Shown here one piece after another: positions 47,001 to 59,400 of a DNA stretch of 64,000 nucleotides. Position numbers and translations under genes: made by a program. Origin of the DNA: Klebsormidium nitens (taxonomy: Eukaryota > Plantae > Klebsormidiophyceae); contig DF236967.1 of assembly GCA_000708835.1 (NCBI GenBank), forward strand, positions 186,001 through 250,000. The letters are read 5' to 3'. Every line of letters starts with the position of its first letter. Positions within the stretch are counted from its first letter, which is position 1. The notes under the pieces were generated by a model, which was not told where the DNA came from, searched no databases, and worked only from the letters and a program-made list of their open reading frames with translations.

Positions 47001-49841
47001 CAGCTTCTCGAGACTCTCAGCCAGCCGTGTTGAGAAGTCCTCCTCGCTTTCCCCTGCAAAATCCAAGTTGGTGTCGTTCAAACCGACTCTCGAGGGATAG
47101 CGAAGAGCGAACAATAACTTATGATGCTCAAAATAACGAAAACGACTTCGAACGCAAAGTCACCGTTTCCTCAGCTGAAAATCATAATACGTCGCAGCTC
47201 AAACCCTTGCTCTTTCCCTGATCAGCGAGACAACGACTTCGCAAAAGAAGGACAGGAGGGTTTGTCGACCAGAGAAGGTACCTCTTGCCGACTACGCAAT
47301 GTAGCTGGCACTTAAACCCGACCTCATGCGCAGTCGCTGCTCAGATTGTCTACTTCGTGAAGTTTTCGATGTGAAAGATGAGCACTCGAACAGTACAGGG
47401 TGGAACCTCCCTAGAGCATCGCAAGTTAGAGGAGACAAGGGAAGAGTTCAGTTATCAGAGCAGGCAGCTGATGACAAATTGCGTCTCGAAAAATGTGAGG
47501 ATATAGGGGTTTTGGTAATCTGACCTGGGTTTGCATTCCTCCAGTAGTGCGGGGTGTCTGTGTGCAGCACCCACTGGACCGGCAAATCGAAGCTGCCATG
47601 GAGGGGCGTCAACCTGCGATGCCAGTTAAAAGTTGTAACTTTCAGTTCTTCATGTAGAAACTTCTCTCAAGCTAATCTAGAATAAGCTTCCTGCCTTTGC
47701 ACCACGGCCAGTTTTCCATCGCACAACACCTGCTAATTATAACCCGCGAATGATCCAGCTTTCGTGGATATTCAGAACCGGAAGGACCACAAAGTCATGT
47801 ACTCACCCAGTCAGACTGGCCGAGATAAGTGTAGAGCCATGGTAGGCCTTCTTGCGAGCAATAAACTTCTTCTTGTTGGGCCGGCCCATGGCGTTGTTAT
47901 AATACCAGACAAGCTTCACCTGTTACACGCACAAAATCCAATAAGCATCACTCCATCTCTTAAGACACGCAGTATTCAGGATTGCCTCAACATGCATATA
48001 ACAGGCTATGCAGAATCGGCGCCAAATGAGCCTGCCTGCCAACTGTATGCGATTCCAACCTGAGGCGCACTCTCTCACTGATTGACAAGCACTGTCATCA
48101 TTATGCCAGGTACTAACCTGCGTGTCGTTGCATTCAGAGCCGCTGTTTGTGAAGAAGACCTTGGCCATGGGGGACGCCGTGAACATGTTGATGAGCTGGC
48201 TGGAGAGCTCGAGCGCGGGCTCTGTGGTCCGGTTCCAGAAGGACTGGTAGTAGGGCAGTGTCTGGAGCTGCTTCATAGCTGCCTCAACCAGACGCGGCTC
48301 GTTGCCCCCTGTATCAGCAACAGAACACCTCAGTAAGCTCGTTCATCCTGTCATAGTTTGTCTTTTGAATAAACGACGCAGATCTCGTCATTGTTGTCTC
48401 CAGAGCCAACTGCGGTGTCCCTTGACTGAATAGATAGACATTTGTCCAGCCGTCTACTGCTTTTAGACACTAGAATGCCATGACTGCCATTTTGGATGTT
48501 CCACCCCTTGCACACCATGAAACTTAGATGGTCGGTGTACTGGCCAGCTTCGTCCATGCCTTGAAATAATGCATGCACATACCTCTCTGCTTTTGGAGCC
48601 ATTCAGAAGTTCAAGCTATTGTGAGATGAACCTACTAGCAAGTTGAAAGTTCTCACTTTCTGGTTCCACACAGAATTGAACGGTAAGTCTTGTACTCACC
48701 GAGGGCTGTGCACCACAACCCCGCCAGGGCGTCTAGGTACTTGTTCCCTTCTCTGTCATACACATAGATGCCCTGCCCAGAAACATCAAAGTATCATCAG
48801 TCTCCAATTGCAGGCACCTTGGATTGCTTGCCCACTGGTTGTAGCATGCTGTCAAAAGGTGCAGAAGTGGAGCAAACCCGGAAGTAAGATACCTACATGT
48901 GCGTTGCGCAACATCTTCATAGGAATCTTCAGGATGTTCATTCTGTAGCCCCACCAAGTTCGATGACCTGGTCAGACATCAACAAGGGACGGAGGAAGTC
49001 CAGGAGAACCTGAACTCTTCCTGCCTCAACTGTTGTTGGCCAAAGGCAGATGTTTGTGAGCTGAAACAAACTCAGGGCCTCAAAGAAGAGGCAGATCAGA
49101 TGAAGAACCTGGGGCAGAGGACTCACTTCCGACTTTGTGATGATAAGCGGCTGAGCATCGGTGTATTGCCACGCTGCTGTAAAGGGGGGCAGCATGTCAT
49201 GGGATTGACCCCTGCGAAAACGGAGGAAGCGTCCATTTTCACAAAACCGGCTGTGGCTTCATTTTCCTCAATGCGTTCAGAAAGTTACTTCCCCTTGATC
49301 ACTCCACCTTCTTCGTGTTCAGTTTTGGATAGGAGCAGGGCCTCGGTGATCCACAACCTCATGCACAATTCTCTTGGACAGAATTGAAAGATTCCCAAGC
49401 CCTCAGGCAAAAGCTCTGTATTTGACTGCGCAATCAACCTCAAACTATGTAACCCTGCTGAGCAACAAATGATAGGAGGCGAGAACTCGAGAAGAAAGGG
49501 GGACAACATTTTCAATTTCCAGTTCCTCAGTTTTTGCTTCAAAAGACGGATTGATGCCGGAACTTCAAACTGACCAACCAGCAATTGAGCTGAAACCATG
49601 TAGCCGACATCCAATTGGATTAGGGTTTCTGCAACCCTAAGAAGAAATCACAACGTTGTACGATTTCTGAACGGAGTGGTGTAACAAAACTTAGCAGCAT
49701 TTCAACTCACCCAGACAAAGACATCCTCTCGGCCGCCTTTGACACATTTGCCTGTTCTTTCAAACCTTTCTCTGCCTGCGTTGTGACTGGCGGCCCCGCA
49801 TCATCCGCGGCGCCAGCTCCATTTGCCCTTTCAACAGCCAT
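44011..49841 (-). CDS. POP2: gamma-aminobutyrate transaminase (class III PLP aminotransferase, GABA-T/POP2 type), about 16 exons; N-terminal exon structure uncertain
   Basis: [12 protein letters not shown]...[14 protein letters not shown]|GGNEPRLV...SFWNRTT...[13 protein letters not shown]|[30 protein letters not shown]; [19 protein letters not shown]; IADE|VVTAFGRLG; PLP lysine LVSLAK|[11 protein letters not shown]; [15 protein letters not shown]; last exon [12 protein letters not shown]...* (stop 44013-44011). Confidence 0.94.
49620..49640. repeat. inverted pair of telo-box-like motifs TTAGGGTT-tctgc-AACCCTAA in the first GABA-T intron
   Basis: Perfect 8-bp inverted repeat with a 5-nt spacer, read directly. 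Confidence 0.7.
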
Positions 49842-50752
49842 TTTCACAATTGCGTGCTTTCTGCTCCTTGACCAAGAAGACAATTGGGCTATGTTCCGTA
49901 TTAAATGAAGAGCCTAGACTCTAGTGCTAGAGGCTGCCAGAGAGCATGCAGATGTACAGGTCTGTGAGTCTGGCTGTGACAGGTCACATCAGGATGAGCC
50001 TCCAGCTAGGTTGGTCTCAGGTTAAGTACCTGGGTTATGAGACTCGGTTTAATATAGAGGGTTTACTAAGTGCCACACTGCCCTGAGCGTGATTCGCGAC
50101 CCAAATTACTCGGTATAAAATCGGGTTGCTGTAAAACCATGCCAGAGCCACGCTGGCATCTGAAGCTGAGCGCCTACAGCGTCCATGCAATCAGAGCATG
50201 CATGAAAAGGAATTTATCGCCTTTGCAAGATGTGCCAAAATGAACACTGCATGATTCTGATTATTACAGAGGTCTTCTTGCTTTGGGTCGCGGTCCACGT
50301 TGCATGACCAATGTTTGTACTGACGCGCAATAGTAGGTAGTCAACGCTGGCACTTATGATGGATCATCGAAGTCGAAGATGCAATAACGCATGTGTGCGA
50401 ACATACCGATAATCCGGAACGCACATTAGAAGAGCAACCGCAACTGCTGAGCATTCCAATGACCCCACCAACCATCACCAATCTTCACACAACGGACATG
50501 TTTAGTTCCATTTTCATTTCCTTGCAAAGATATTGGAGAATTCTGTATCAGGACAAATCTGCCAGTATCAGTGGGCCGAAAAAGTCGAACGCACCGGCTG
50601 TGCCAAAGCCTTCTGCCATCTCGGATGTTGTGGGATGAACATTTTACAACCGAGTTCGAAAATTCAAAAGTGTGTCACCTCTTCTGGTTGCAACTGATGA
50701 GCGAAGGGGATTGGCTGATCAAGACAAGCAACCCGGTGCTTAATCCGAGCAT

Positions 50753-53700
50753 CTAGGTCCTGAACTCGTAGTTTCCCGCTCGGGTGATGTACCGCACCCA
50801 CTCGACCGTGCTGTAGCCGCTTTTCTCCCACACCTGCATGGGACGAAGGCAACAGTCAATTGACCAATCAGACTCACCTTCATAAGACGAGGCCATACTT
50901 TTTCAACGGGAGAATGGAAGTATGCCTCAGCCAGCTTTGAAAGGAAGGATAGCAGACAGCAGCTTCAAGAAGGGTGCACCACCCAGTGTTCTCGAAAGAC
51001 ACTGGAATAGTTCGAAAACGGACCTTGAGGAACCGGACCCGCAGCCCCGAAGCCGTGAACATCGGAACCTGCAAGCAGAAAGCCCGATGTCAGTAACTCT
51101 CTGCGCGCTCTCAAGCCAACTTCGCATCCAAGACGCGCATCCTTCGCAAATCATCACCCCACCCAGCAAGTCGCGTTCTACCCCAGAATAATCGCTCCTA
51201 CCAACGACGACGATACGACACAGAAGACTCAAAAGGAAAGGCTTTGGTCGTCTGTTGCTTGGAGTGCGGCTGACGCACCTGGAATTCCATGGTGATGGGC
51301 GGCCGCGACCACGCCTTCTTGTCCGCCATCGTGGAGATGAGCTCCACCTCCGCACTCAGGCTCAGCTCCTGGTTCCCAGGGAATCGCCGAATCCTGCTCG
51401 AAGACAGAACGAGAATGAGCATCTTGCCCGCGACAAAGGCTCGTTGCATTGGTTTCCCATGAGAACAAGCTGCACACTGAACCTGGAAAGACAAAACATC
51501 CGTGAATGTATCCGGTCACGACAGTTCTTCTCACTCAGGCCGAGACCTTTGCTTCCAAGCATAGTAGACTGCGGTCAACGGGTATCCGTTTTATGTGCGC
51601 TGGACCACTCCTGACATTGCGTGCATACTGATCTGCCGCACCACCTCGACAGTGAGCCTCCGTTTTGCCGACCAGGAGGAAGGGAGGCGTGTTCCCTGGG
51701 ATCGATTGCCAGCTGAGTGACCATTTTTGGGCAGAAATCTCGACAGTGAGCATTGTTTTTGCCGACCAGGAGAGGGGGAAAGCGTGTAGGAGTGCGAGAG
51801 AGCGCTGCTTACTTCCAGACGAGGCAGTCCAGCTTGGAGTCGTACTTGGCCTTGCCGGAGGAGGGGATGATGGTCGCCTTGGCCGTGTGCTTGGGCACTG
51901 GGACCTTGACCACCACGCCCAGCGCAAACATGCGCGCGCCAAACAGGCTCTTCACCTGGTGTTACGAGGAGCAGAAGCTGTCAAACAGCACCTTCCAACG
52001 CCCTCTAAAAACAAGACGTCAGTCCCTTACAATAAAAGAAAGCGGTGAAAGAAAAACAAAGTTGTCCTCGCTGCTGGAAAGAGCAAGAGATTTGGAAACG
52101 CGAAATGGTGCTTTGCAATTCCTGAAGCGTCGAAGGTAGATGGACGAAAAGTTTCACGACGAACAGCTGGGCGCCTTGTGAACGCAATTCTATCGGTCTT
52201 CCAGGCCGTTCACGCACCTTGATGTTGACCTCCATCCGCGTTCGGCCCAGCTCCTTGATGGTCGGGAGGACCTTGAACGGGATGCTGATTCCCTCCGTGA
52301 TCCGATACCTGCAATGGAAAGATACAACTATTGAGCTACCTGGTAAATTAGAAGCTGACGTCAAGCAAAGCCGTCAGCAATCGAATCGACTAGATATATG
52401 CATGGAAAGAGCAAAAACTGGACCGCCGCATCCAGCAAAGCGGAAAAGAGTGACATTGCTGGCGGACTGCAAACAGGCAGTTTGATGATGAAACCAGCGC
52501 AGTGCTCAATCAACCTCCGATGTTTTGAACATGATCCTAACGAGCCACGCTCATTCACTTAGTATTGCACGAGCTGTGTATTTTACCAGTGCTTCTCCCT
52601 TCCTCTTCACTCGTCAGCCACAGTCTGATCACATGCTTGCAAACAGGAGCAGCCCTGAGGGACAGGCGGCCCGAAATGACCTCCAGAGTACTCACTTCAT
52701 GAGCTCAAACTCCCCGTCGGGTGGCACAAAGCTGACGGTCTTCTCCGAATTAAAGCGGCCCAGGTTGACGCACTGGTGGAACTGCACATCGTCCAGCTCG
52801 ATGGTGTTCTTGCTGCATGCAGAAACAGTCAACACACGGTCAGCCCTGCCTGAATCAAGAGGAGCGCCAAGAATCAGCGTCGATCACCGAGTATTGGGTC
52901 CTCTCCGTCTGTTTCCGTCTTGCGTCTCTTCAGCTAGCAAAGTCCGTCCCTGTTTGTGCGCTTGGTAAGCACATGACCATATCAACCTCTGAAAAACAGA
53001 TTTCTTCTTGTTGGAGAGCAAGGTGTAAGATGAAGCGGCAAGCCTTTGTGGTCGAAGTGAACTTCAGCTGTGCTTATGCGTCTTTTGCCTGGGTTTCCCT
53101 GTTGGACCTTCGCTGCAGCTCTTAAGACAACACTTTCCGCAACTGGCTGGCTCTACAATGGCAATGCTATTGCTGTGTATCAGGAACGAAAAGAGGCAGC
53201 TTACCCCTTGCCCGTCGGCTTCGCCTTAACGGCCGCCTCCTTGTCCAGGGTCAGCTTGTCATTGAGCCCCAGCTTGAGGTCGGGCATGCCCGACAAGAAG
53301 CACTTCATCAGGATCTTGCCTGTGACGTCGCACCGAAGCACCGTGCCTGGAAGGGACCACGATGGAGGTGAGGAAATTGAAGTTTCTCACACGTTACACG
53401 CTGACAGGATCGCTGCTGTGGCTTATTTCTGTCGCTTGGCAGTGTCCCTGGCTTTCTGGGGTTCTACTCCAGCTTGGACATGCATGCGCTGGACAAACTC
53501 ACGCCAACAAGATCCCAGAGAAGCCCTCTGAGACAAGCACAAGACTCTGAAGGGGGTGAATCATAGTTGAACCCAGGGAGAAGGGATAGACAAGGTCAAT
53601 TTGACCCACCTTTTTGTGACATTAGCAGGTTCACGCTCTCCACGATATCCAGGAAAACCTGAATGCAAACAGAGAGAAACTGAGTAACACTCCAGAGGGA

Positions 53701-55284
53701 GTTTGGTGAGTGCATGAACCTTCTCCTTGCAAGCTGCGATACAATCAGGCTACTGATGACTGCCGAAATGACACGGTCCTCACCTCATTCTTTTTGTAAG
53801 CAAGCCCTTCTCGCCGCCAGGACACTGCCCCAGTTACTTGCAACGTTGCATTTGCTGGTGGTCTCGTGTCTTGTTGCTGCAAAGCAAGTGCAATTGGTAT
53901 GCTTCATATATAAGATCACACTGTGTCACAAAGCGGGAAGTCAAACCGGCAATCAAAGTGAAGAATCGGATCATGGGGCTGTAAGAAGGCTGTACAATCA
54001 CACCCTGTACTGTGCAGCCAATGCTGCAAGGTTGAGTAAGACTAACTGCGTCTGACCAAGTGAATCAATAAGTGATCCGAAAAGGAGGGCCTGTAAAACG
54101 AGTGAGCATCTTACCTTCGAAAAAGGTGACCGGACACCCTCCTGGGTGATGTACAGCTTGAGAATCTCGGGCGAAAGGTTTTGTGGATATCCGAAGTCCA
54201 TAATCTCTGCAGGTTCACAAGCCCCACAGAGTTGGTGGTACAGTATAGATAAATCAAGGCTGCTTCCATTTGGCACAGGATATAGGGAAAGCTAGCAAGT
54301 ATGTTGTGAGGGGTGCCTGCAGATCAAGGCTCCCTATGAGTGCTCTGGATAACCTACCGAAATCATCAACAATGGAGAAGACCACACCCAAAAATTTCAA
54401 CTCACCATCCAGGAGTTCGTATATGAGCACAAAGTTGTTCCTGATGGCATCCTCGTCAAATTGGCCGCCAAAGTACGCTTTGAAGAGCCCAACCGTCTGT
54501 AGAAGTAGATGATGCAAAATGTCAGAGCTCTTCTGACGAGGAACGTGGCCTGCTATTAACGAGGCCCAAGCTGGTGCTACAAGCCCATTTAGGCTGAACT
54601 TGTTCATAGCAATCCAACATCAATGATCACACGGAGAGAGCAAACAACATGTCGCCACGACCCCTGCGCCTGCGCAGAGGCAATGAAGAGCCCTTCACCC
54701 CCCAATTAGCAACATCTGATTGATACTTTTTCAGCTTGGATTTGCCTGTATGGGAACATGCTTTGCCCCTGACTTACCTCCACCATGAACTTGAAGGCAC
54801 ACGCTGCGTTGGCATTGCTTGCGACCACAATCACGATGTACACGTTGCTCAAGCGCATGTACATGAACGTGGTGTCCCCCAGCTGCCGCACAGGGCAGGT
54901 GCCCAAGTCCTTGGTGGTCAGGATGTGCGTACGGAACGCATCCACCATGTTCTTCCTGTGGGAGTATGTCTCTGCTCAGCTATCTACTTGCAGAGGGGTT
55001 GCCGATCCAATTCTGCCAAAATGCAAGAGGACTGCCTCTCACTAAGCTCTCACATGGAAGCTATTTGCCACCTTGCTTAGTTTCTTCTCCAACATGTTTT
55101 CATTAGACCCTTCAAACTACTAAAGCTGGGCATCCTGACTTTGAGGCAATGCTCAAACAAAGTTGGGTCCACAGATGCATTCATCAGCTGGCGGCGCTTA
55201 CCCGACATCATCTCGGTAGAGACGATTGATCAGGACGTCCCCACGAAGGTTCAGAAAATAGATTGCTGATGCGGCGATCGGCAT
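50753..55284 (-). CDS. AP2M: AP-2 adaptor complex medium subunit mu2, about 12 exons
   Basis: MPIAASAIYFLNLRGDVLINRLYRDDVG; FDEDAIRNNFVLIYELLD|EIMDFGYPQNLSPEILKLYITQEG; QVTGAVSWRREGLAYKKNE|VFLDIVESVN; MKCFLSGMPDLKLGLNDK; FHQCVNLGRFNSEKTVSFVPPDGEFELMK; VPMFTASGLRVRFLK|VWEKSGYSTVEWVRYITRAGNYEFRT*. Confidence 0.97.
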
Positions 55285-56441
55285 CGTGCCCCCTTCTGCA
55301 AGATGGAGGACAACTTGAACTTGATCGTGTCTGAAAAGTACAACCGCCAATTGTGCTTCAGAAGCCTTCAGCTCTGACGCAATCAGGTAAAATCCAAACA
55401 GCTGGAGCAACACAATGGACAAGGATGAGAAGCACCAAGCCTCTGACCAGCAATCCCGCCAGCAACCAGGCGCACAATTCTGCTGGCAGCATGCTGGTTG
55501 GTTCCTGGATCCTGTTTCTTAGACCAACGATAAGCAGGCAGCTCGTGATACTCTTTGCAAATAAGACTCACCAATCAATTCGGCTTGACGACATCCAACA
55601 CCGGAAGTGTCTCCTCAGAGTGAAACGAGTTGCCCTTGATCTCCGCAATCTCCTTTAAAGATGCAGCTTTCACCCCTAATTTCAAAGTAGGGTGGTCCAC
55701 AACGTCGGCAGGACACTGTCCAATTCAAGCACCAATCAGGAGCCTTCTATCTTTCTCTTCGCGGTGAGAAGTCATGAGAGAGAAGCCTTGCTTCAGAAAC
55801 TAGCAGCTACTCGATCGACCACAAAGGCGCCCCTGGGCTACACTGACAGCAGCTCGAGCTGCAAAAATGGTGTCACATGGCCTCCTCTGAAGTGCTGGAA
55901 TACACAGCTTACGATTTGATCAACTTGCGCGTGTCCAAATACGGTCTCGCGCACCAATCTTAATTCGGGCAGTTGTGGTCTGAATCAAAATGCGCTTCCT
56001 CGCGCAAATTTGTTGGTTCCCTGACCAAGCTTGAAGCAGCAGTTGTTGAGTCTTCAAGTTCTTGTCGACTTCGAAGCAGGGCGTTCAAGGCAAGCAAGAT
56101 TGTGGCAGAATTGGGCCGGAATTAGGGGGCTGTTGTAAGATTCCTCTGGTCCAGGATAGGTGCACTGATTTTGTCTTGGAGACGGTGCAGCAGCCTCATA
56201 ATCTCAGTGTTGCGTTCTGCTCGATTGACTGCATTGGAAGTCAGACGAACCATCCAATCAGGGGGGCTGGTGGGTCTTTATGTATGATATCGGTCAGTGC
56301 ACTCCAATTGATATGGTGCTGCAATCCCAATGCAACAACTCAAATGTCCTACCTCATTTGCTGGCTGTAGTATTTGTGGCGCCCAGCGCCTCAATCTTTT
56401 AAAGGTGGGCGTCATACTCTGAGCCACAGCGCAGGAGCGAA

Positions 56442-59400
56442 ATGGCGATCTCCAACTCTGCGGAGTGGAACGAGCTGTACAACCGCTTCTACTGTAAGCT
56501 AGAAGTGTACACCATGTGCTGGCCCAGTGTGGACATCAGCAAGCATGTCATTGCGTGTGCAAAGTGAGTGTTCACTCCAGAAAAGCCCCATCTTTGCTTC
56601 AAAGAGCTCGATGTCAGCGTGTGTAAAACCCTTGAAGTTCTCAGCTTGTAGTTCATTGGTTCGAAATTGGTGAACCTGCCCTTCTCTTCCTCGACCTGGC
56701 AAGTCTCTTGGCTATGGAACTTGAAGGGTGGCAAGGCTGATTGGAGACGCAGATTGGGCAGCTTGAGTGTCTTCTTTTGTGTCCTCTTCTGTGCTATGTT
56801 TGGGACACTTTGAAAAGGGACACATACCGTAGAAGCTTTGGTATCACGGTGTAACACCAACAATGTCCAGGGCTGTCAGATTACCCAAACATTGCACCAC
56901 CGCCATCGTCTTAGTCAACCTTCCCATTGCTTTTCTCAAAGTGCCTCAACGGTCTGTCAGGCAACTTCCCGAGACTTCGTCCAATATGGAAACGAAATGT
57001 CTGACCTACAGCGCACAATGCTGATGAGTGCACGAACTCTTGCCCCCAGGTTTGGTGGCCCCATAGCCACCGTTCGCGACTCTGGCAAGCTGCTCCTCCT
57101 TGCCGCTGAGTCTACGAGACCCAAAGTAAACATTTACAGCGCGTCAGGCCTGGCGCTGGCATCCTTTCCGTGGGACAAGGGGAAGATTGTCAGGATGGGC
57201 TGGACTGACAGCGAGGTGCTGATGTGCATCCTGGAGGGGGGGGACATCTACCAGTACTCCATACACGGCACCGAGGCAGCCAAGCCTTTCTCCCTCTGGC
57301 ATCAGTAAGTGAGCGACTCTGACTATGATGCGCGGCAGAGAAGGGATGACTTTCCTTGTGCTTTCATTGCATCGTTCTTGCTGCCCATTGGTCTCTGATC
57401 ACAGGTTTCTGTGACTTTCAAACTTGATAGAGTACTTCGTGTCAAGCTCAATTGAAAGCTTTTTGGCCGCTCACCAGCTGGAGTTCCAACATACTTCCAA
57501 GACCGTTTGCCTCGCTAGTCGGACCGGGCAGCCTTGTTCTCTCTTGTAAAAGACAGCAAGATCACGGTCATGCTGAATACTCGTTCCAAAATAAGGTTCC
57601 AGCCGATGACATTCATGCTGACGTCCTCGTTTGTAGGGTGTCGGAGCAGGTGGTGGAGGACTGTTGCTTCTGGGGCCACAGCGTGGTCATCCGCAGCTCC
57701 ACGCACCAGCTGTACATGATTCCCGACCTTCGGGACCCCTCTACCGTCCAGCTAGCGAGCCCAGGCCTGGAGGACCCCCCCCACAGCATGGCGATCATTG
57801 AGCCCCAGTTCACTGTGTCTGGTAACCTGGAGGTATTGCTGGCGGTGGGGACGAGCGTGGTTGTGGTGGATGAGGAGACGGCGCAGGACCAGAAGCTAGA
57901 GGTCCGCCCCGCTCTCCCATCGCTTTTCTGCTCGATTGGCTTGGGACGGTGCGTCTTTGTTTTTCCTTTGAGCAGAGCTGGAACCATCTCGTGCAATTGT
58001 CGGGAGCAGGAAAGCAACTTGAACTGAGAGTCGAAGATTGGGGGATCTGACAAAGTGACACGAGGTCGGGGGCGTCATTCCGGAGTCCTCTTGTTCTTGA
58101 TTGACAAGATTTCTCGGATCGGTACTTCTGTAATAAGCCCTGCCGAGGGCCAGGCTTTGGAGTTCTCCTCGGAGCACATCATGACTCGATCGACAACCTT
58201 GGAGAAAGGGGTCTTGGGCAACCACAGTCGGCCTGTTCAAAGCGAGCACCGAGAATCAACAATCACAAAGTTCGACTTCTCACAGGACTCGCATAAACAC
58301 CGTCTCAATGCGCGACTGTTTTGAATCTTGCAGTTGGGCCCCCTAACCCGGATGGCCGTTTCTCCCAATGGCAACTTTCTGGCGTGCTTCACCTTTGACG
58401 GCAAGCTGCGCGTGCTGTCCACCGACTTCACCAAGAACCTGTCCGAGGTCGACCTCCACACGGACACGCCCCCTGCGCAGCTTGTCTGGTGCGGCACCGA
58501 CTCCGTGCTCCTGTACTGGGCGGAAGAAGGGGAGCTTGTTATGGTGAGAAGGGGGGATTCTTTTGCATTGCTTCATCTCGAGGAGATGCTGAGTTGCATC
58601 AACAATTTGCCGTGGTCGTATCGGTGTGATGTAGGAATTTTGTCGATTCATGATTTTGGCTTCGATCGACTTCGTACCTTTTCCAATAACTCTTTCTTTG
58701 TGGATAATTCAAACGTTTGCCTAAGCGTCTAAATTATCCGTGCAGTCTTTGTTAAACGGAAAAGGGCAGGCGTCGAGATCGTGACATCGTTTTCGTCAAC
58801 AACTTTGGGACCGTTGCAATTCCTTATCTCAGAGCGGCTGGAAGGACGTTGATTCGAGTGGCTGATCGTACAACCGCCACGCTTCTCTGCAACACGGAGT
58901 GTCTTCGAACGCTATGCCTTTGGGGATCCTGACCCAGGTGCCACGTGTCCTCCCAGGTTGGCCCATACGGCGACACGATTCGCTACTCGTACGACGAGCC
59001 CCTGGTTCTCGTCCCCGAGTGCGACGGCGTTCGCCTGCTGTCCAACTCGCTGATGGAGATCTTGCAGCGCGTCCCCGACTCAGTCGTCTCCATCTTCGGC
59101 GTCGGAAGCACCGACCCTGCAGCGCTTCTTTTCGAAGCCATGGAGCACTTCGAGAAGCGCAGGTAAGGCATGCCCACATCGCTCAGTTTTCAAATCGTCA
59201 CAAGAGGATTGTCGAACCCGAGCTGTTGCGATTGAAGGGTCCTCGTATACCAGCGGTTCGTCAACAAGAGCTGCGTCGAAGTTAGCCCCTTCTGTAAGAT
59301 ATCACCATTTGTGAGTTTACCTGTGCGCTGCACAAGTCCCCTGCAAACTGGGGTGAGGGCTTTTTCATGGTGCATCCCTTGGCGCCCGTAGCATATGCAC

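Noticed and set aside
52484-52632. ATGATGA ... CTGA spacing suggestive of a C/D-box snoRNA
   Set aside because: It is antisense to the host AP2M intron, with no terminal stem or recognisable rRNA guide.
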